64,000 nt of DNA from Lama guanicoe (Eukaryota): positions 6,283,824-6,347,823 of the forward strand of contig MU054391.1 of assembly GCA_013239625.1 (NCBI GenBank), in the 5' to 3' direction. Below, piece by piece: positions 1-13,216 of this stretch (position 1 is its first letter; each line of letters starts with the position of its first letter). The translations under genes and the position numbers were made by a program. Under the pieces are notes generated by a model. It worked only from the letters and a program-made list of their open reading frames with translations, was not told the DNA's origin and ran no database searches.

Positions 1-307
1 GAATCTGCATCATTTGAGTCTTCAGTGGAGAAACGACCTCTGACTTCACCAGGGTTATGGTCTTGCTTGGTTACTTTTTGGAAGAAGAGGGAGCTTCAGA
101 GACAGACACTTAGCTGGTTCCTACTGTGACAATCTGCCTCCTGGGAGCTGGGAAGCCAGTGTGGGATTCTAATCGTACGTCCAGGAAGGTCTCCGTGGGG
201 TGGGGTCCTGGATCCACAAGGCCCATGTATGATGGAGTCAATCAAAAACCTACTTTAAAAAAAGAAAAAAAACCCACTTTATCATTTGACTCCCACAAGC
301 CAGCCCT

Positions 308-438
308 GCGGGGCCCACACTCTTCAAAATGGTTTACCCCAGAGAACTCGCGGTGGCTTGCACCCACAGTGAGCAAAGTAACTGAAAAGACAGATCAGAT
401 TCCCCACTGTGGGCCCTGGAATGCTGCCCGGGCCTCCG
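308..438 (+). repeat. Copy 1 of a diverged ~130 bp local direct repeat
   Basis: Aligns by eye to 1680-1804; shares gcccacac, tcaaaatggt, taccccagag, gtgagcaa and ttccccactgtgggccctggaatgc. Confidence 0.85.
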
Positions 439-1679
439 TGGTCACTGGTGGGCCACAGTCATCAGACCCTGTAACTGGTCCTCAGTCATTAGCGCTCGGA
501 ACCAGCGTCGGGTAACCCCGCAGGGTCTCGGGTGCTCTTGCGCACTCCACAAGCCCCTGTTAATGGCCGTGGCCCCTGGGGAGACGTTAGGCAGGTCTTA
601 CCTGTAGTGTTATCTGAGAGCACGTCCTCCCTGCCATTCCAGGGGCTCTGAGCTGGGGGGCGGGTGAAGCGCTGTGACCCTGCACCTTGGTGGCCCAGCC
701 CAGGCCTCCGCCTGTCAGGCTCGACGTGCCTTCAGTCCCATAGACCAACGAGGGCTTCGGTGTCTGCTCACCTATTTAGGGCCAGGCATCCCGTGGTGGG
801 TTAGCCTCTGCCTAAAGCCCCCTGCAGCCGGCTCCTCCGGCCACTACCTAGGTTCTGGGAACACGCCACCTGGCCAGGAGTTGGATGCTGCTCCCTGAGG
901 GCCGTCTGCCACTCAGGACCCCATCATTCCCTTTGAAATCAGAGAACTGGTGGGGCCACACAGGACAACCTGCCCACCATTTATTCTCCGGAAGTGTTTG
1001 GATTCCTTGTTCCGCAGTGCTGCGAGGAATGTCTGAAAGCTTCGCTCCCTTCTCTTAGGCCAACCTTGGAGCCAGGTTCCAGTCAAGACCGAGCCAACAG
1101 CACCGCCCCCAGCTCCCGGGCTGGCCCAGGGACTCCAGAATTTTGCTAAGTGCCGCTATATTAATAAAATCAGCCTTGTCTTAAATTCCATTTCTTTCTT
1201 CCCTAATATTCTCAAATCCATTCTTACATACGTTCCCCAAGTTTTTGACAAAATAGGTTGACATTTTTTTTGGTAGTGGAGGTCACATGCCCTGTTTTCA
1301 GAAGATTGTGTTGCTCTCCCTGCATCTTGCTGGGTGATTGGTCTGAAGACAACGAGGGTGGTGGGCGAGGAAGACAGACGGTCTGCGCTTTATCAGCGAG
1401 AGGGGAGTGGCAGGGGAGCTCTGGGGGCTTGGGAAAGCCAGCAAGGCCAACATTCCCAGAGTGCCCATAAATTCCCACGCTTCCTGAGCTTTCCCATCAA
1501 TGAGCAGCTTTTCCGGAAGAGGCCTGGAGGGCGCTGAATTCACCCCGAGTTATCAGATTCTTCTCTAGTTTTGAGTCACATTAGCCGAGGCTACAAAGAT
1601 AAGCTCTCTGATTCTGTTAGCGTGTCTTGAGCCTGTCTTCTTTAATCAAACTCCATGTAATTAGGAGCAGCCGCCCCCA

Positions 1680-1804
1680 CGGAGCCCACACCCCTCAAAA
1701 TGGTCTACCCCAGAGGCCTCGCGGCGGCTTGCGCCCCCGGTGAGCAAGGCAACCGAAGTGGCAGCTTCCCCACTGTGGGCCCTGGAATGCCAGCTGGGCC
1801 TCCG
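1680..1804 (+). repeat. Copy 2 of the diverged ~130 bp local direct repeat
   Basis: See 308-438. Confidence 0.85.
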
Positions 1805-4800
1805 CTGCCGGCGACCCTGATGGTAAGGATGGCCAGCCTCGGGTCCTTATCTTCTTGAGCGGCTACTGCCCGCAGCTATTTCTGCTGTAAAATACTGCAT
1901 TGGCCGGGGTACCTAACTGCCAACCTCAGAGCCCGTGGTAGCCAAGGATGCGAGGATTAGAGCTTCTGAGAGGGACAGAGAGCCAGGCCTGATGCCACCA
2001 CCAGGAGCAGCACACTTGGGACAGACACATAGAGATTCTAGAGGAAACCCTCCACGTCCTTACTGGGCACCCACATTTATAAGATAGGCCCGGAGCGTAG
2101 CACCAGCCCACGTGAGCCATGTGCCCAGCGCCTGAGCCTCAGGATCCAAGGCCCAGCACGTGGCTGCCCCTCATGCTCCTCGCTCTGCCTTTCCAGTCCA
2201 CTGGGGGGAGTAGGGAAAGGGGAGGAAAGACGCAGACACAGACAGGACAACACAGGAGGTGCCTGTGCCTCAGGCAGGGGAGCAGACCCATTCCTAGCTG
2301 GGGTCGTGGAGGAGGTTGGGAGCTGACATTAGTGGAAAGAAAGAGGACTTGCAGGCAAAAACCTGGGGAAGGAGGCTGGAGGGTGGGTGCCGGGCCTCCC
2401 CCTGTGGGTCCTCCTCACCTTCTGTCTTTCCCCTGTGAAGGCACAGGCCCTGGTCACTGTCCCCCCCACCCTGGCCTCCAAGGTCATTGTCTCCAGGATA
2501 ACCACGCAGAGTGTGAGGATTCAGGGGTCCACAGATGCGCTACCAGCCCTGGGAGCACACAGGATGTGAATTCCCTTGCAGGCCTCAGACCCTCGTCCCC
2601 TGCAGTTCTTCTCTGTGTGCCCCCATCCCCCTCCCCACCCACCACTTTGGGAGCTGTTGGAAAACAGGAAGGAAAGAGCGGCCCGGGCAGCTGGGAGAAG
2701 GACAAGGGGCTGCTTGTCTGACTGGAGGCTTCGGAGCCCCCAGAGAGGAGTCATGCGGGCAGCGTGGCCCCAGGACCTCCGTTCTAACTACTACAACATC
2801 ATTTCTTTTCTTTCCACATCCAAGCGAGACCTCCAGGTAGCGAATGTGGGACTTTCTGCCACCGACACCTGCCACTCTTCCCTGCTTCCCACCACGTCCC
2901 ACCAGGCCTACACTTGCTCCCTGCGGAAGCCCTGGAGAGAACACCCACCTCCTCCCCGCAGACCCTCTGAGAAGGATGAAGAAATCCCAGGAGGGCGGAG
3001 CCAGCGGGCATCATGCCTTGTTCTCAGTGTCTCCAGTCAGTGCAGGCCTGCTCCCATTCCCAAGGTCAATTAAATGCAAATCCCCCATCCCACCCCCTCG
3101 CACCTGCACCTTGAAGGCATAGCAGTTCTTGGGTGCTGGCCCACGGCTGGCCCGTCCTTCATTCACACGATGTTCTCCCAGTCCTTGGAGACGCAGAAGA
3201 CAGGCTGCTTCCCCGACTCACACCTGGGGAGCCCAAGGCCCAGAGAGCTCGGGAACTTCACCAAAGTCACACAACTGTGAGAACCAAGGGCCGTCCTGCC
3301 CATGACTGGTCAGTTGGCACCTTGTGCTGTGAGCCCAGTTCCCTGGAAGTGTGGTTCTCGCCGGGACCTTGTGTCGGGATCTCTCAGCAGCAGACGAGGA
3401 CCCAGGGTGGGGTTCATGCACCAGTTTGTCCCTTCAAACTCCCAGGAGGTGATCTCTGTGTGCAGCCATGGTCATGGGCACCACTGTACCCGCAGGAGGA
3501 GTGGGGCTCAGTGAGGATTTATTCCAAATCACCCACAATCGTGATGCTTTAAGAATACAGTGTGTTTGGGGAGATGCCTCTGAAAGGACCAGGGACAAAT
3601 CAGGGCCAGGAATCACTTTGAAACCCTGCGTTCACCTGGAGACACAGGGCTCTGTCTAACGAGCCAGAAGCAGCCGAGCAAGATGAGGCACATAAGTACT
3701 CAGGCCTTTTGATGGAAACAAAGGAACTGGAATATCTATGAAAGAAAATTAAAAAAGGAAAAAAAAAAAAACAACCACCAAAAAACCCTGTCGCCCTGGA
3801 GGAGCTGCTAAACATGCTTCCACTTAAATGTCAGCCTTGGGAGATTTATTTCTGGGGCTTCTCTCCTTGCAGTGTCCTGTTGCTGCATTTTAGCTGGAAT
3901 GTTTTGGATGCCGACTTTCTATGGCCCTTGCTCTGGTCAGTGTTAAGACCTATCCTGGGGCCCCCTGCACCCACAGTTACTGAATGTCAAGCTCATGATG
4001 GTCACTGGGTCCCTGCTGCCTGCCCAGGCCCCCACCAGGCTGGCTGTTTTCAAGCTACTCATCACCAGTGGCCTCTCTTCCCGGGGTGCACAGGGGGAGA
4101 GCTCCCCTAACTTGTGGCTGCAGGCAGCCAGGCCACTGCCATTTTCATGGAGAAAATCCTGGTGGTCCGCCCAGTGTCTGGAGCTGCCCCATTCTGCCCT
4201 ACCTGCTGGGGTCACTCCCTGAATCCCCTCTGCCATCCCAGACTGCCCCCCGAAGGAAAGTCCCCTAGCCTGGCCCCAGCCACCTGAGAGGTGTTGAGGT
4301 GCTGGGTCTGGATCCCTCAGCCCTGAAGACAGCCTGAAACTCACACTCCCTCTGCAGAGCCACTCGGGAGCACACTTGGTGGCATGTGGCCCTGGATGGG
4401 CAGAGAGCCTTCCTCTGGCAGCTGGGGACTCAGCTGCCAGACCTCCTGACTTGGCCCTGGGGGGCCATTCCTCTCTTGAACTTCTGTCCCTAAAGGTTTG
4501 GTTTGCAGCTGTTCAGAGGGTGACGCTTGTAACATTCCTCCAAGGGATTTGAGCCTTTCCACCTACTGCTCCACAAACTCACCTGATCTCCTTTTGGCCA
4601 GCTGTGGGATGTCTGTTTCTGTTCCTGAGAAACGGAACAGACACCCTCTAGATAATGGGGACCTGATGCGATTGTGGATATGAAAACATCTTCCAAAGGA
4701 AGGAATGGCGATAGGGACAATGAGGAGGTGACCAGCTTCCTTACTCCAAAAATCTTTCCCAACAAGACAGAAAAAGGCCAGAACTTGGGCCCAACCCAGC

Positions 4801-7317
4801 ATTTGGGGCCACGCGAGGCACTTCTATCTCCTCTGACTCTGGATTCTTTTTTCTTTTTGGTCCAAGATAGAACTCGGTTCAACTCCTGGCTTTTGGCTCC
4901 ATCATCGTGTGACTTTAGAAAGTCCCTCACCCCCTCTGAGCATCCATCTCCTTGTCCTTAGAATTGGCACCATGATCTCCAGCTCAGAGGGTGACAGCAA
5001 GAGCAGACAGGACACTCCGTATACAGCCCATCGCAAAAGCTGAACTTGGAGGATGACACCTGCACGTGAGCGCCCGCCCTGGTCCAGCAGCCTGGGAGCA
5101 GCGTTAGCACAAGGTTGCTGCCTTTTTCTGATGGGGGTTAGATCTGCATTAGAGCTGCCGGTGGCACCACCTGTCAGTTCCCCTGAATAGCTGCAGCCCC
5201 AGGAATCTTTGCTTTTTTGCGGAAGGTGCCTTAATGCGGAAATATCCAAATCTAGTCTGGTGAGGCGCACAGGCGCCGGGGAGGAACCAACTCCAGGGGT
5301 CTGAGGGCGTGAGGGTGAGTCTCTCAAGGGGCTGCGAACTGCCCCTGGCCAGGGCGCCTGGAGAGGAAACGATTCCTGACAGTGCTTCCATCATCGGTCT
5401 GCGGGAGCAGGGTCAGCGCAGTGCGTCCCTGCCGGAGACAGAACTTCGGAGCTTCGCCCACACAGCACAGCCAGAGCCTTTCCAGGCAGTGCCTGGCCCA
5501 CTCCTCGACTCCCAGGCTCCCTCCCCAGGGTGCTTGCTGATAAGTGAGCCAGGGAATAGCCCAGGGAGCTCCATGGAGACCCCATTAGTAAACTGACTCC
5601 TTCTATGTAAGAAAGAAACTTATGTTCAGTTTTCGTTGTGCATAAAGAGTGTGATGGGTGGAAGGACACTGACCTGACCCAAAGGAAGTGGGGCCAGGGC
5701 CCGGGAAGTGTCCAGGGCGCTGCCGCGTAGTCTGGACCCCAGAGAAGTGAAAGTACGTGTCTGCACAAAACCCCGTACGTGGATGTCCACAGCAGCATTA
5801 CATTTAACAACCGAAAAAGTTGGTTAAACTTACTGTGCTGTGTATTGTACAAAATGAGGTTTCTCTTAAGGTTGAAAACACTTTCAATAGACAAAACTCT
5901 CCCCAGGGCTTATTTCTATGATTGCCTGCGGGATGCGCTTTAAGTTAGTGACATTAGAATCCAGACAAGCAAGTAAGAAAACTCTGGAACTGCTGGCTTA
6001 TTTTAAAAGATGATCTTTCTTTGATTAAAGGATTCAGAAGAGAAGATCCCAGGGTGGTGTTCTCAGCTGCTGCGTGTGCAGGGGTGCATGACCTTCAGAT
6101 TTATTTCTGGGGCACTTTGCTTGGAGGAAAGAGTAAAGCAAGGCATGTGAGCAGAGTCCTAGGAGTCCAGCCCCCGGGACTCCAGGTAAGGGGGGAGCCC
6201 AGAAGTGTGGTAGGGAGGTCATTGTCTGGCTCCTAGACTGGAAGGAGTCAGACAGCACAGGAGAGAGGGGAGCCCTGACCACAGGGTCAGGGACCCGGTC
6301 AGCCTGGAGCTGAACCACATGCAAACCCCTTGTCCTCGGGGCCCCCATCTCCTCACCTGTGCTGTGATGGGGTTGGACCACCTCAGGGGTCCTCAGACTC
6401 ATATAGTAAAGCCACAGAAAACTTTTTTCCAATGCACTCATCACCGGCAGGCTAAGAGTCAAAACTGGGGCTTTGGGAGTGAAGCAGTGGTGGGGGCCAG
6501 GGCCCTCTTTCTTGTCCCTGTCCCCTACCTCCCAGCTGTTCCAGGCACATCAATGTTGCCTGGGGGCTCTCTCTCAGAGCCATGGGCTCTGACCCACCAG
6601 GAGATCCTGAGATAAGGAGTCCCCCGGAGGCAGGTTCATGCCTCGGGCTGCGGAAAGCTGATGGGGAAAGTAGATCTTGGGACTAAGAAGGAAAACCAGG
6701 GAAGGCCGGAGAAAGAGAAGGGCCTGGCAGGAGGCCAGACGGCAACATATTCAGAGGCTAAAGTCCAAGTCCCGTGGGGGCCCAGCAAGGCTTCAGGCCT
6801 GCAGACAAGTGTCCCCGTGTCTGTCCCTCCCTCCAGGCCCACCTGAGTATGTTCCAACATCCACACCACCTTCCCAAACATCCTGGGCCCTGCAGCCCTG
6901 CTGGTACATCTGGTCTCGTAGGCATGCAGCAGGACCTCTGAATAGACCCACGTCCCCAGGTGTATCTCTGTCTGGGGCAACTGGGTGGCGTTCTAGCAAA
7001 CACATCTGCTTCTCTTCCAAGCGGGTGATGAGAGCTCAGGCTCTGCTCTGGCAAGAAAGTCAGAAAGAACTTGTTCACGCCAAGGAATGGCAATGGACTG
7101 ACCAGCATCCTCGCAAAAAGGATGGGAGGTTTAGTGGACAATAAACCAGCCCTCCAGGGGTTCAGAGGACAGTGGTCTGTGCTCTGACCATAGGCTGCAA
7201 CAATGGGACCGGGTCCGATGCCCACCTCAACTGATGCCTCCTTCTCCTGGCCGTGGGCCTGACCCCACCCTTTAAGCAGAACACAGACAAGCCAGAGGGT
7301 ATCCACAAGAGAGTGAC

Positions 7318-7438
7318 CAGGACGGGGGCCATGAGATCCTGCAGTCATACAGGGCCTTGCTTTAGCGCTCTGTTCCTGCCATATTGAAATTTGTAATAAT
7401 TTCTGAACGAGGGCCTGCCTCCTAATTTTTTGTGCTGG
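7318..7438 (+). mobile_element. MER45-like hAT non-autonomous fragment, cut off by the following LTR
   Basis: ctgcagtcatacagggcc...ttgaaatttgtaataatttctgaacgagggcc resembles the recalled MER45A consensus. Confidence 0.55.
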
Positions 7439-8105
7439 TGTGAGATAGTAGAAAATACATATACTGTTCTCTGTCTTGGTTCCTGGCACAGAGCTCCTGA
7501 GACCCTTCTGATTCCCTTAGTGGAAAGAGCACGCGGAGTCTTTTGTTCTAACATTTGGTCTTTGATCCTGTTCCTAACCTGAGTTCTTAGATCCCTTGGA
7601 ATCTCCTGGGTGATAGCAGGTGTGTTTTTTTTCTAATGAGGTGATTCTTGGAGGACTCCTGGATGGAGGCTGGTCACCAGAAAGACCACGTTGTGATTAG
7701 AAGTTTGGAGTTTTCAGCCCATCCCTCCATTCCCCGGAGAAGAGAGAGAGGCCAGAAATGGAGTTAATGATCAATCATGTCAACAGGATGACTCCATAAA
7801 TGTCCCCAAAGGACAGGGTTCAGAGAGCTTCTGGGTTGGTGGACACAGCCGGGGTGGGGAGGGCAGGGTGGGGAGGGTGGTGTGCTTGGAGCGGGCAGGG
7901 AAGTACCGGCCTCTTCCCACACTCCTGGCCCTGGCACCTCTTCCAGCTGGATACTCATCTGCATCCTTGATCACATCCCTTTATGATACACTGGTGAGCA
8001 GCCAGTAAACTGATCTCCTGGGTTCTGTGAGCCACTCTAGCAAAGTCATCCAGGGGAGAGGATCATGGGAACCTCCAAGTTATAGCCAATTGGTCAGAAG
8101 CACAG
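7439..8105 (+). mobile_element. MER21-family ERVL LTR remnant
   Basis: Starts TGTG; contains ggttcctggcacagagctcct, gctggtcaccagaaagacc and gggttctgtgagccactctagcaaa; similar to 11643-12883. Confidence 0.75.
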
Positions 8106-9479
8106 AAGCCAGGCGTGTTAATGTGGAGAACATGAAGACTCACGCAGAAGGGAGTCGCGTTCAGATACCTGGAGTGCCTGGCGGAGAAAAGAAGGATCTG
8201 ACTTCAGAGCAACCCCATGGGAGCTGGAGGGAGGAGGGCGGCTGCAGAGCTCAAAGGGGCAAGGGCTTGGCTCCGGAGGTGGGACACCTAGTGGACAGAC
8301 ACACAAGGATGTGAGAACTGGGTCCTGGATCCAAGACCTGCAATGGCCTTCCTGGACCTTGAACCTCAGTCAAAGGCCATGAACCACCCAGTGATGGAGA
8401 GACCAACACCCAGCGCCCAGAGGGAGTGATGACGTGGGGCCCCTGAGCACGTGCATAGCCACCTACCCACCCCAGGCGTGGGCAGAAGGCCTGAGCCCCT
8501 CCTCCCTCCGGCCCCCACCAGCGTGCTCTTCCCCACGTGGGAAGCTGGCGGGCTCCCAGACTGGGCCCTGGCCTAGCTGAGCTGAGCTGCAGTTGCCAGG
8601 CCTCCAAACACACCCTCCAATCCTGTCATCAGCTGCTCGGGCTGGCGTTTCAGATTTGGCATCGCCCCGTCCTGGGACCTAGATAGAGAGGCGCCTCCTG
8701 TCTGACTGCTCCCCGGCTATGAAAGACCGAGCCGCGCTCCCCTCAGCTCCCCAGTCAAGCCCCAGCAATGGCTCGTTAGCCAAGCCACGCTGGCTGCCTC
8801 CTGCTTTCTGCTGTTCACTTAGTTCTGTTGTGATGGGTGGTCCAGAAAGAAAAGAAAGGGCTTTTCCTATCACAACCTTGAGAGGCGGAAACGATCGAGC
8901 CTGCTTGTCCAGAAACTGCTTGCCTTGGAACCTAATATTCTTTTGACTTTTTGCTTTGACCTTGTGTCTGGAAAACCTTTATTTCTTGCCCTGGTGAAGG
9001 ATATTCTAGCTCCAGCAGCATGGCTGGAGCACAGAGGCCACGCAGGCACACTGGAGCTGGGGGACGGTGATTTCTAGAACGCGTGTGGCCTCGTTTCTTC
9101 ATTTCTCAGGAGGAAGTCGGTGCTGATTCGGGAGCCCAGCTGTCCTGGTTCGTCCAGGGCTCTTCTGGCACAGAAAGTCCCACAGCCACCCCAGGCCTGG
9201 AGGCCTCAGAGGAGGAGAGTGGGGGCTTATCCCGAGGACAGGGTTCAGAACTCTCTCCCACTCTGTAGCCCCCACCTCCCCGCAGCACCGCAGGGCCATG
9301 CTGGGCAAGGCTGGCTCAGAGACACTGCCCCATAGCCAATGATGGGTTAAGAAAAACAGATTCTGCTCCTTCAGCCCCTCCCTGTCTCTCCCCAGTGACA
9401 GCCCCTCCAACCATTACTCCGAAACCCTCCCTTTCCAGCATGTTCCATCTTCAGGCCCTGTAATCCACACATCCCCACA

Positions 9480-10170
9480 GGGTTCTGGGTCATACAGACT
9501 CCGACTGGCCCGTGCCTGCTCCCAGGAAGAGCGTCTAAACCCGTGGGATTTCCCACGTGATGGGGGGTCTTGTTACTCACAGTGGGCCCCTCAGACCACA
9601 CCTGAGGGTCAGTGCTGACTGATAGCTCAGGACAGGGGTGGTCACACCAGAAGGACCAACCATGTGACTGGGGGCTTGGGGCTTGGAGCCACGAGATATT
9701 AAGACTCAACCTGGGGTTGGGAGGAGGCACTGGAGACTGAGGTCAACCACGTGGCCCATGAGTCAATCAGTCGTGCCTTTGTAGTGGAATCCACCCAGGA
9801 TGCTGGACCCCAAAGCTCGGATGAACATCCCTAGCTGGCAGTCGTCTTTGACAACTGTCACACTTCACCGCGGGAGGAACGCCACGACCCTGCAGAAAAT
9901 GGAAGCTCTAGGCAGGCTCAGAACCCTCCTGACCGCACGCTACAAGCCTCTTTCTTTGGGCAGTTCTAATTCTTACCTTGCTGCAATAAAACTGTAACCA
10001 TTGAGTCTAGCACTTTCCTGGGTTCTGTGAGTAGTTCTAGGGAATTATCAGACCTGAGGGAGTCTGTGGGAATCCCCGGATTTATAGCCAGCTGGTCTGA
10101 GCTTGCAGTGGCTCTAAAATGAGGTCTGTCTCATGGAGGACAGAGCATTTAACGTTGAGTTTTGCTGACC
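9480..10170 (+). mobile_element. MER21C/MER77-like ERVL LTR remnant
   Basis: ggtcacaccagaaggaccaaccatgtga; AATAAA at 9985 followed by actgtaacc...gggttctgtgagtagttctagggaattatcagacctgaggg. Confidence 0.65.
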
Positions 10171-10626
10171 CCAGAGCTCCCCTTCCCGGAGCCACATCTC
10201 CTCCACACCATTCCGCAATTACAGCATCCCTTGAGGTGACTCCCTGTCTCCTGTCTCTCCTTCTCTCTGTAGCATCTTCCAACCTGCTGCCAGAAAGATC
10301 TTCTTAAAACTCGAACATTACCTGACCATCCCTCCTTCAGCCCTCCATTGGCCTCTGTTTCCATCTGGATAAGATCAAAACTCCTTGGCCCATCGTTCTT
10401 GCCAACATCTCTTCTGACCAATTCAGCCTCAGGAAATTTACCTCTGGCCTCACTGCATTCCTTGTAATTTCCTGAACTTTATTGTCATGATTTAGGTCAT
10501 AGTTTTAACCTTCAAGACTCAGCCAGAAACGTCACCTCCTCCTGGAAGTTTATCTTTGACTCTTTTCCTATGACTCATGACTGATGTGGGTGCCCCCTTT
10601 ACCGGTCCCAGCGCTGACCATGATAC

Positions 10627-11107
10627 TGTGGATGAAAAATGCTGCCTGCCGTATCAGTAAATGAAGGATGTTGCTGCCATCAGGACACTACAGCTGCTCA
10701 GGATGGAGACCATCAGGCTGCCAGCTGCCAAGCCCTCAGCCACTACAGCCACCCCCAGTGGGGCCCCCTGAGGGGACTCAGGATGGGAAAGAACAGGGTA
10801 CTGGCCCTAGATAGCTAAGGGGCATAATGAAGGAATGGTTTCAATGAGCCCAGACTCTTGCATTTTCCCATACACATAGAAACACTAAATTCCTTAACTT
10901 GAGATATCTGGTTTTCTGTAATTAACAGTAATCTTTTAATGTTCTGAATACCTGACCTCCTATATAGCCTGGCTTCTTCCCTACTTCTTCTGAGCAGTCC
11001 CTCAGAGCTATATGAGAGGCTGCCTCCTGGTCTTCAAGTCCTGAAAAGTTCGGCCAAATAAACCATAATTCTCAACTTTAAACTGTGCAACTTTTTTTCA
11101 GTCAATG
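10627..11107 (+). mobile_element. Solo ERV1-type LTR (cetartiodactyl-like), inserted in an L2 remnant
   Basis: Starts TGT; TATATA at 10961; AATAAA at 11057; ATAC (ATGATAC) repeated on both flanks as a candidate TSD; L2-like tail ...gatgaatgggtgaatga at about 11260-11276. Confidence 0.7.
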
Positions 11108-11642
11108 ATACTTACACCCGACCATGAAACTGTTTGTTCTTCTGGACTGACGGCCATGCCGTGCACCTCTCAAAGGCAAAGACTGTGCCGTTTGACCTTG
11201 TGGCTTCAGCCCTGCCCCAGCATCTGGAACCCAAGAGGCTCCTAGCACATGCTTGTGGGATGAATGGGTGAATGACTCACCCAACCTTGAGAGTCTTCAC
11301 TGACTCGGTCATCTGAAGAAAGTAAGATTTACAAATATTTATTACTCAAATTGACACTGGTCCCACGTGGCGTGTATGTCAGAAGGTTGTCCTGCACACA
11401 ACACACAAAGCACTCTCGCCCACATTTTGTCCCTTTTTAGCATCGTGACACATTTGCAGATCATTGGTACCCAAGGGATTCATTGTGGGTTTTTGGATTA
11501 CATCATCTGATATTAAGTAAAGTAACTGTAGTAAAATGGAGAAGTGGTTTTGAAATATTCCAGCAAAACAAAACAAAACAAAAAACCTGAAAAACCTAAG
11601 ACTGAAAATAATCCTAATACACAAGCCCAAGGGAACAATAGA

Positions 11643-12883
11643 CATGGGATTAAAGAAAAATTAAGATTTGGGTCCGTCCCAGTTCCCGGCATGGAGCTCC
11701 TAAAACCCTTGGAACTTCCTGTGTGCTAAGAGTGTCGTCTGTACACTGAGATGACTCTTGAGGAGTGGGCTTGATAATTTCAGGAAGTGGGCTGGCCATC
11801 AGAAAGACCAAGCCCTGGTTATAGAGTCGGGACTGATTTCCAGGGAGGGGAGAGGGCTGGAGGTTGAGTTCAATCACCGACGGCCAGTTATCTAATCAAT
11901 CTGTCTGTGTAATGGACCTGCCATCAAAACCCCCTAACTGACAGGGTTTGGTGAACACACCCACCTGCCAGAGCCTGCCAGAGGGTGGTGAACCTCAGTT
12001 CCATGGGGACAAGGCTCCTATGCCTCGGGCCCTTCTAGGCCCGGTCCTGTGCTGTTCATTTGTACCGTTATAATAAACTGTGACAATGGAATACTATTCA
12101 GCTATAAAAAAGAATAAAAGAATGCCATTCGCAGCAACATGGATGGACCTGGAGATTGTCATTCTAAGTGAAGTTGGCCGGAAAGAAAAAGAAAAAAGTT
12201 TTATGATACCACTTATACGTGGAATCTAAAAACAAAACAAAACAAAAGGACACAAATGAACAACTTATTTATAACTCAGATGATGGATTTCTTGAATTTG
12301 TGTAGTAAGTACATTTGACTGTCCTTTATGATTGGATTACTGCATTCTGTTGGTTCCTTTTTTGTGGCTGGCTTTATTCCTTTGATAACTATGTAAGTTT
12401 AAAAAGCTAAAGCTCTAAACTGTTCTTAAAAATAATGATCAGTACATGTATGTAAACTAAAAAAATGTGCAGTATACTGTATGTATGTATTTACATGCAA
12501 TATATTGTATACGTGCAGTCAAACTGCAATAATTCTGCCTAATAAAATTGCAAAAAACGGAACTGTGACCATAAGTAAAGCACATTCTAGTGAATTATCA
12601 AACATGGGTCAGGGCCAGGGGAGTGCTGTGGGAACACCTGAATTTGTAGACAGCGGGGCCAATTGTGGCTTACCTGGGGACCCCGTGTGTGGCTGGCATC
12701 TGAACTGGGGACATCACATAGGACTGAGCCTTCAACTTGTGGGGCCTGATGTTAACGCCAGGTAGATAGTGTTGGAATCAGATTGTTGGTCACCCAGTTG
12801 GCATCAAAGTATTGGAGAATTAGTTATTGGTGTGGAAAAATGACATGACTGGGGTCAATAGTGATGTCAGAGAACCCTGCACA
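11643..12883 (+). mobile_element. MER21-family ERVL solo LTR with a 5-bp TSD (ATAGA at 11638-11642 and 12884-12888), carrying an internal insertion
   Basis: agctcctaaaacccttggaa, gctggccatcagaaagacc, AATAAA at 12072; ends in CA; LTR sequence resumes after 12561. Confidence 0.75.
12085..12560 (+). mobile_element. Chimeric retro-insertion: L1 3' segment (12085-~12271) plus an unrelated AT-rich tail with AATAAA; TSD AACTGTGAC
   Basis: The first ~185 nt align to the L1 at 25497-25660 and the rest does not. TSD at 12076-12084 and 12561-12569. Confidence 0.75.
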
Positions 12884-13080
12884 ATAGAGTTCAGAGCTGA
12901 CAAACAGCCAATAAAAACGACGCAGGTCTAGTGATCTATGACAAGAAGTCAGCCTTTCTTTAACAATGATCAAGACCATTTGGATTTATACCAATTGTGT
13001 GGGCTAACAAGAAGCCTCCCTTGCAGTTCATGTTTCTGTGCTGTATTGTGTGATGTCTGTTCAGTTGGCAGCACATTTAT

Positions 13081-13216
13081 TTTATTTTTAAAATTATTAT
13101 TACTTTGGAGGGGTATTAGGTTTGTTTGTGTTAAATGGAGGTGCTGGGGATTGAACCCAGGCTCTCTTGCATGCTAAGCATGTGCTCTACCACTGAGCTA
13201 TTCCCACCCCTGCCCA
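13081..13216 (-). mobile_element. tRNA-derived SINE (camelid Vic-1-like)
   Basis: Minus strand has tagctcagtggtagagcacatgcttagcatgc...gggttcaatcccc (A and B boxes); imperfect TSD ca(g/a)cacattta. Confidence 0.85.

Noticed and set aside
6758..7489. 243-aa minus-strand ORF
   Set aside because: Begins inside MER21/MER45 repeat sequence, with no protein similarity I recognise.
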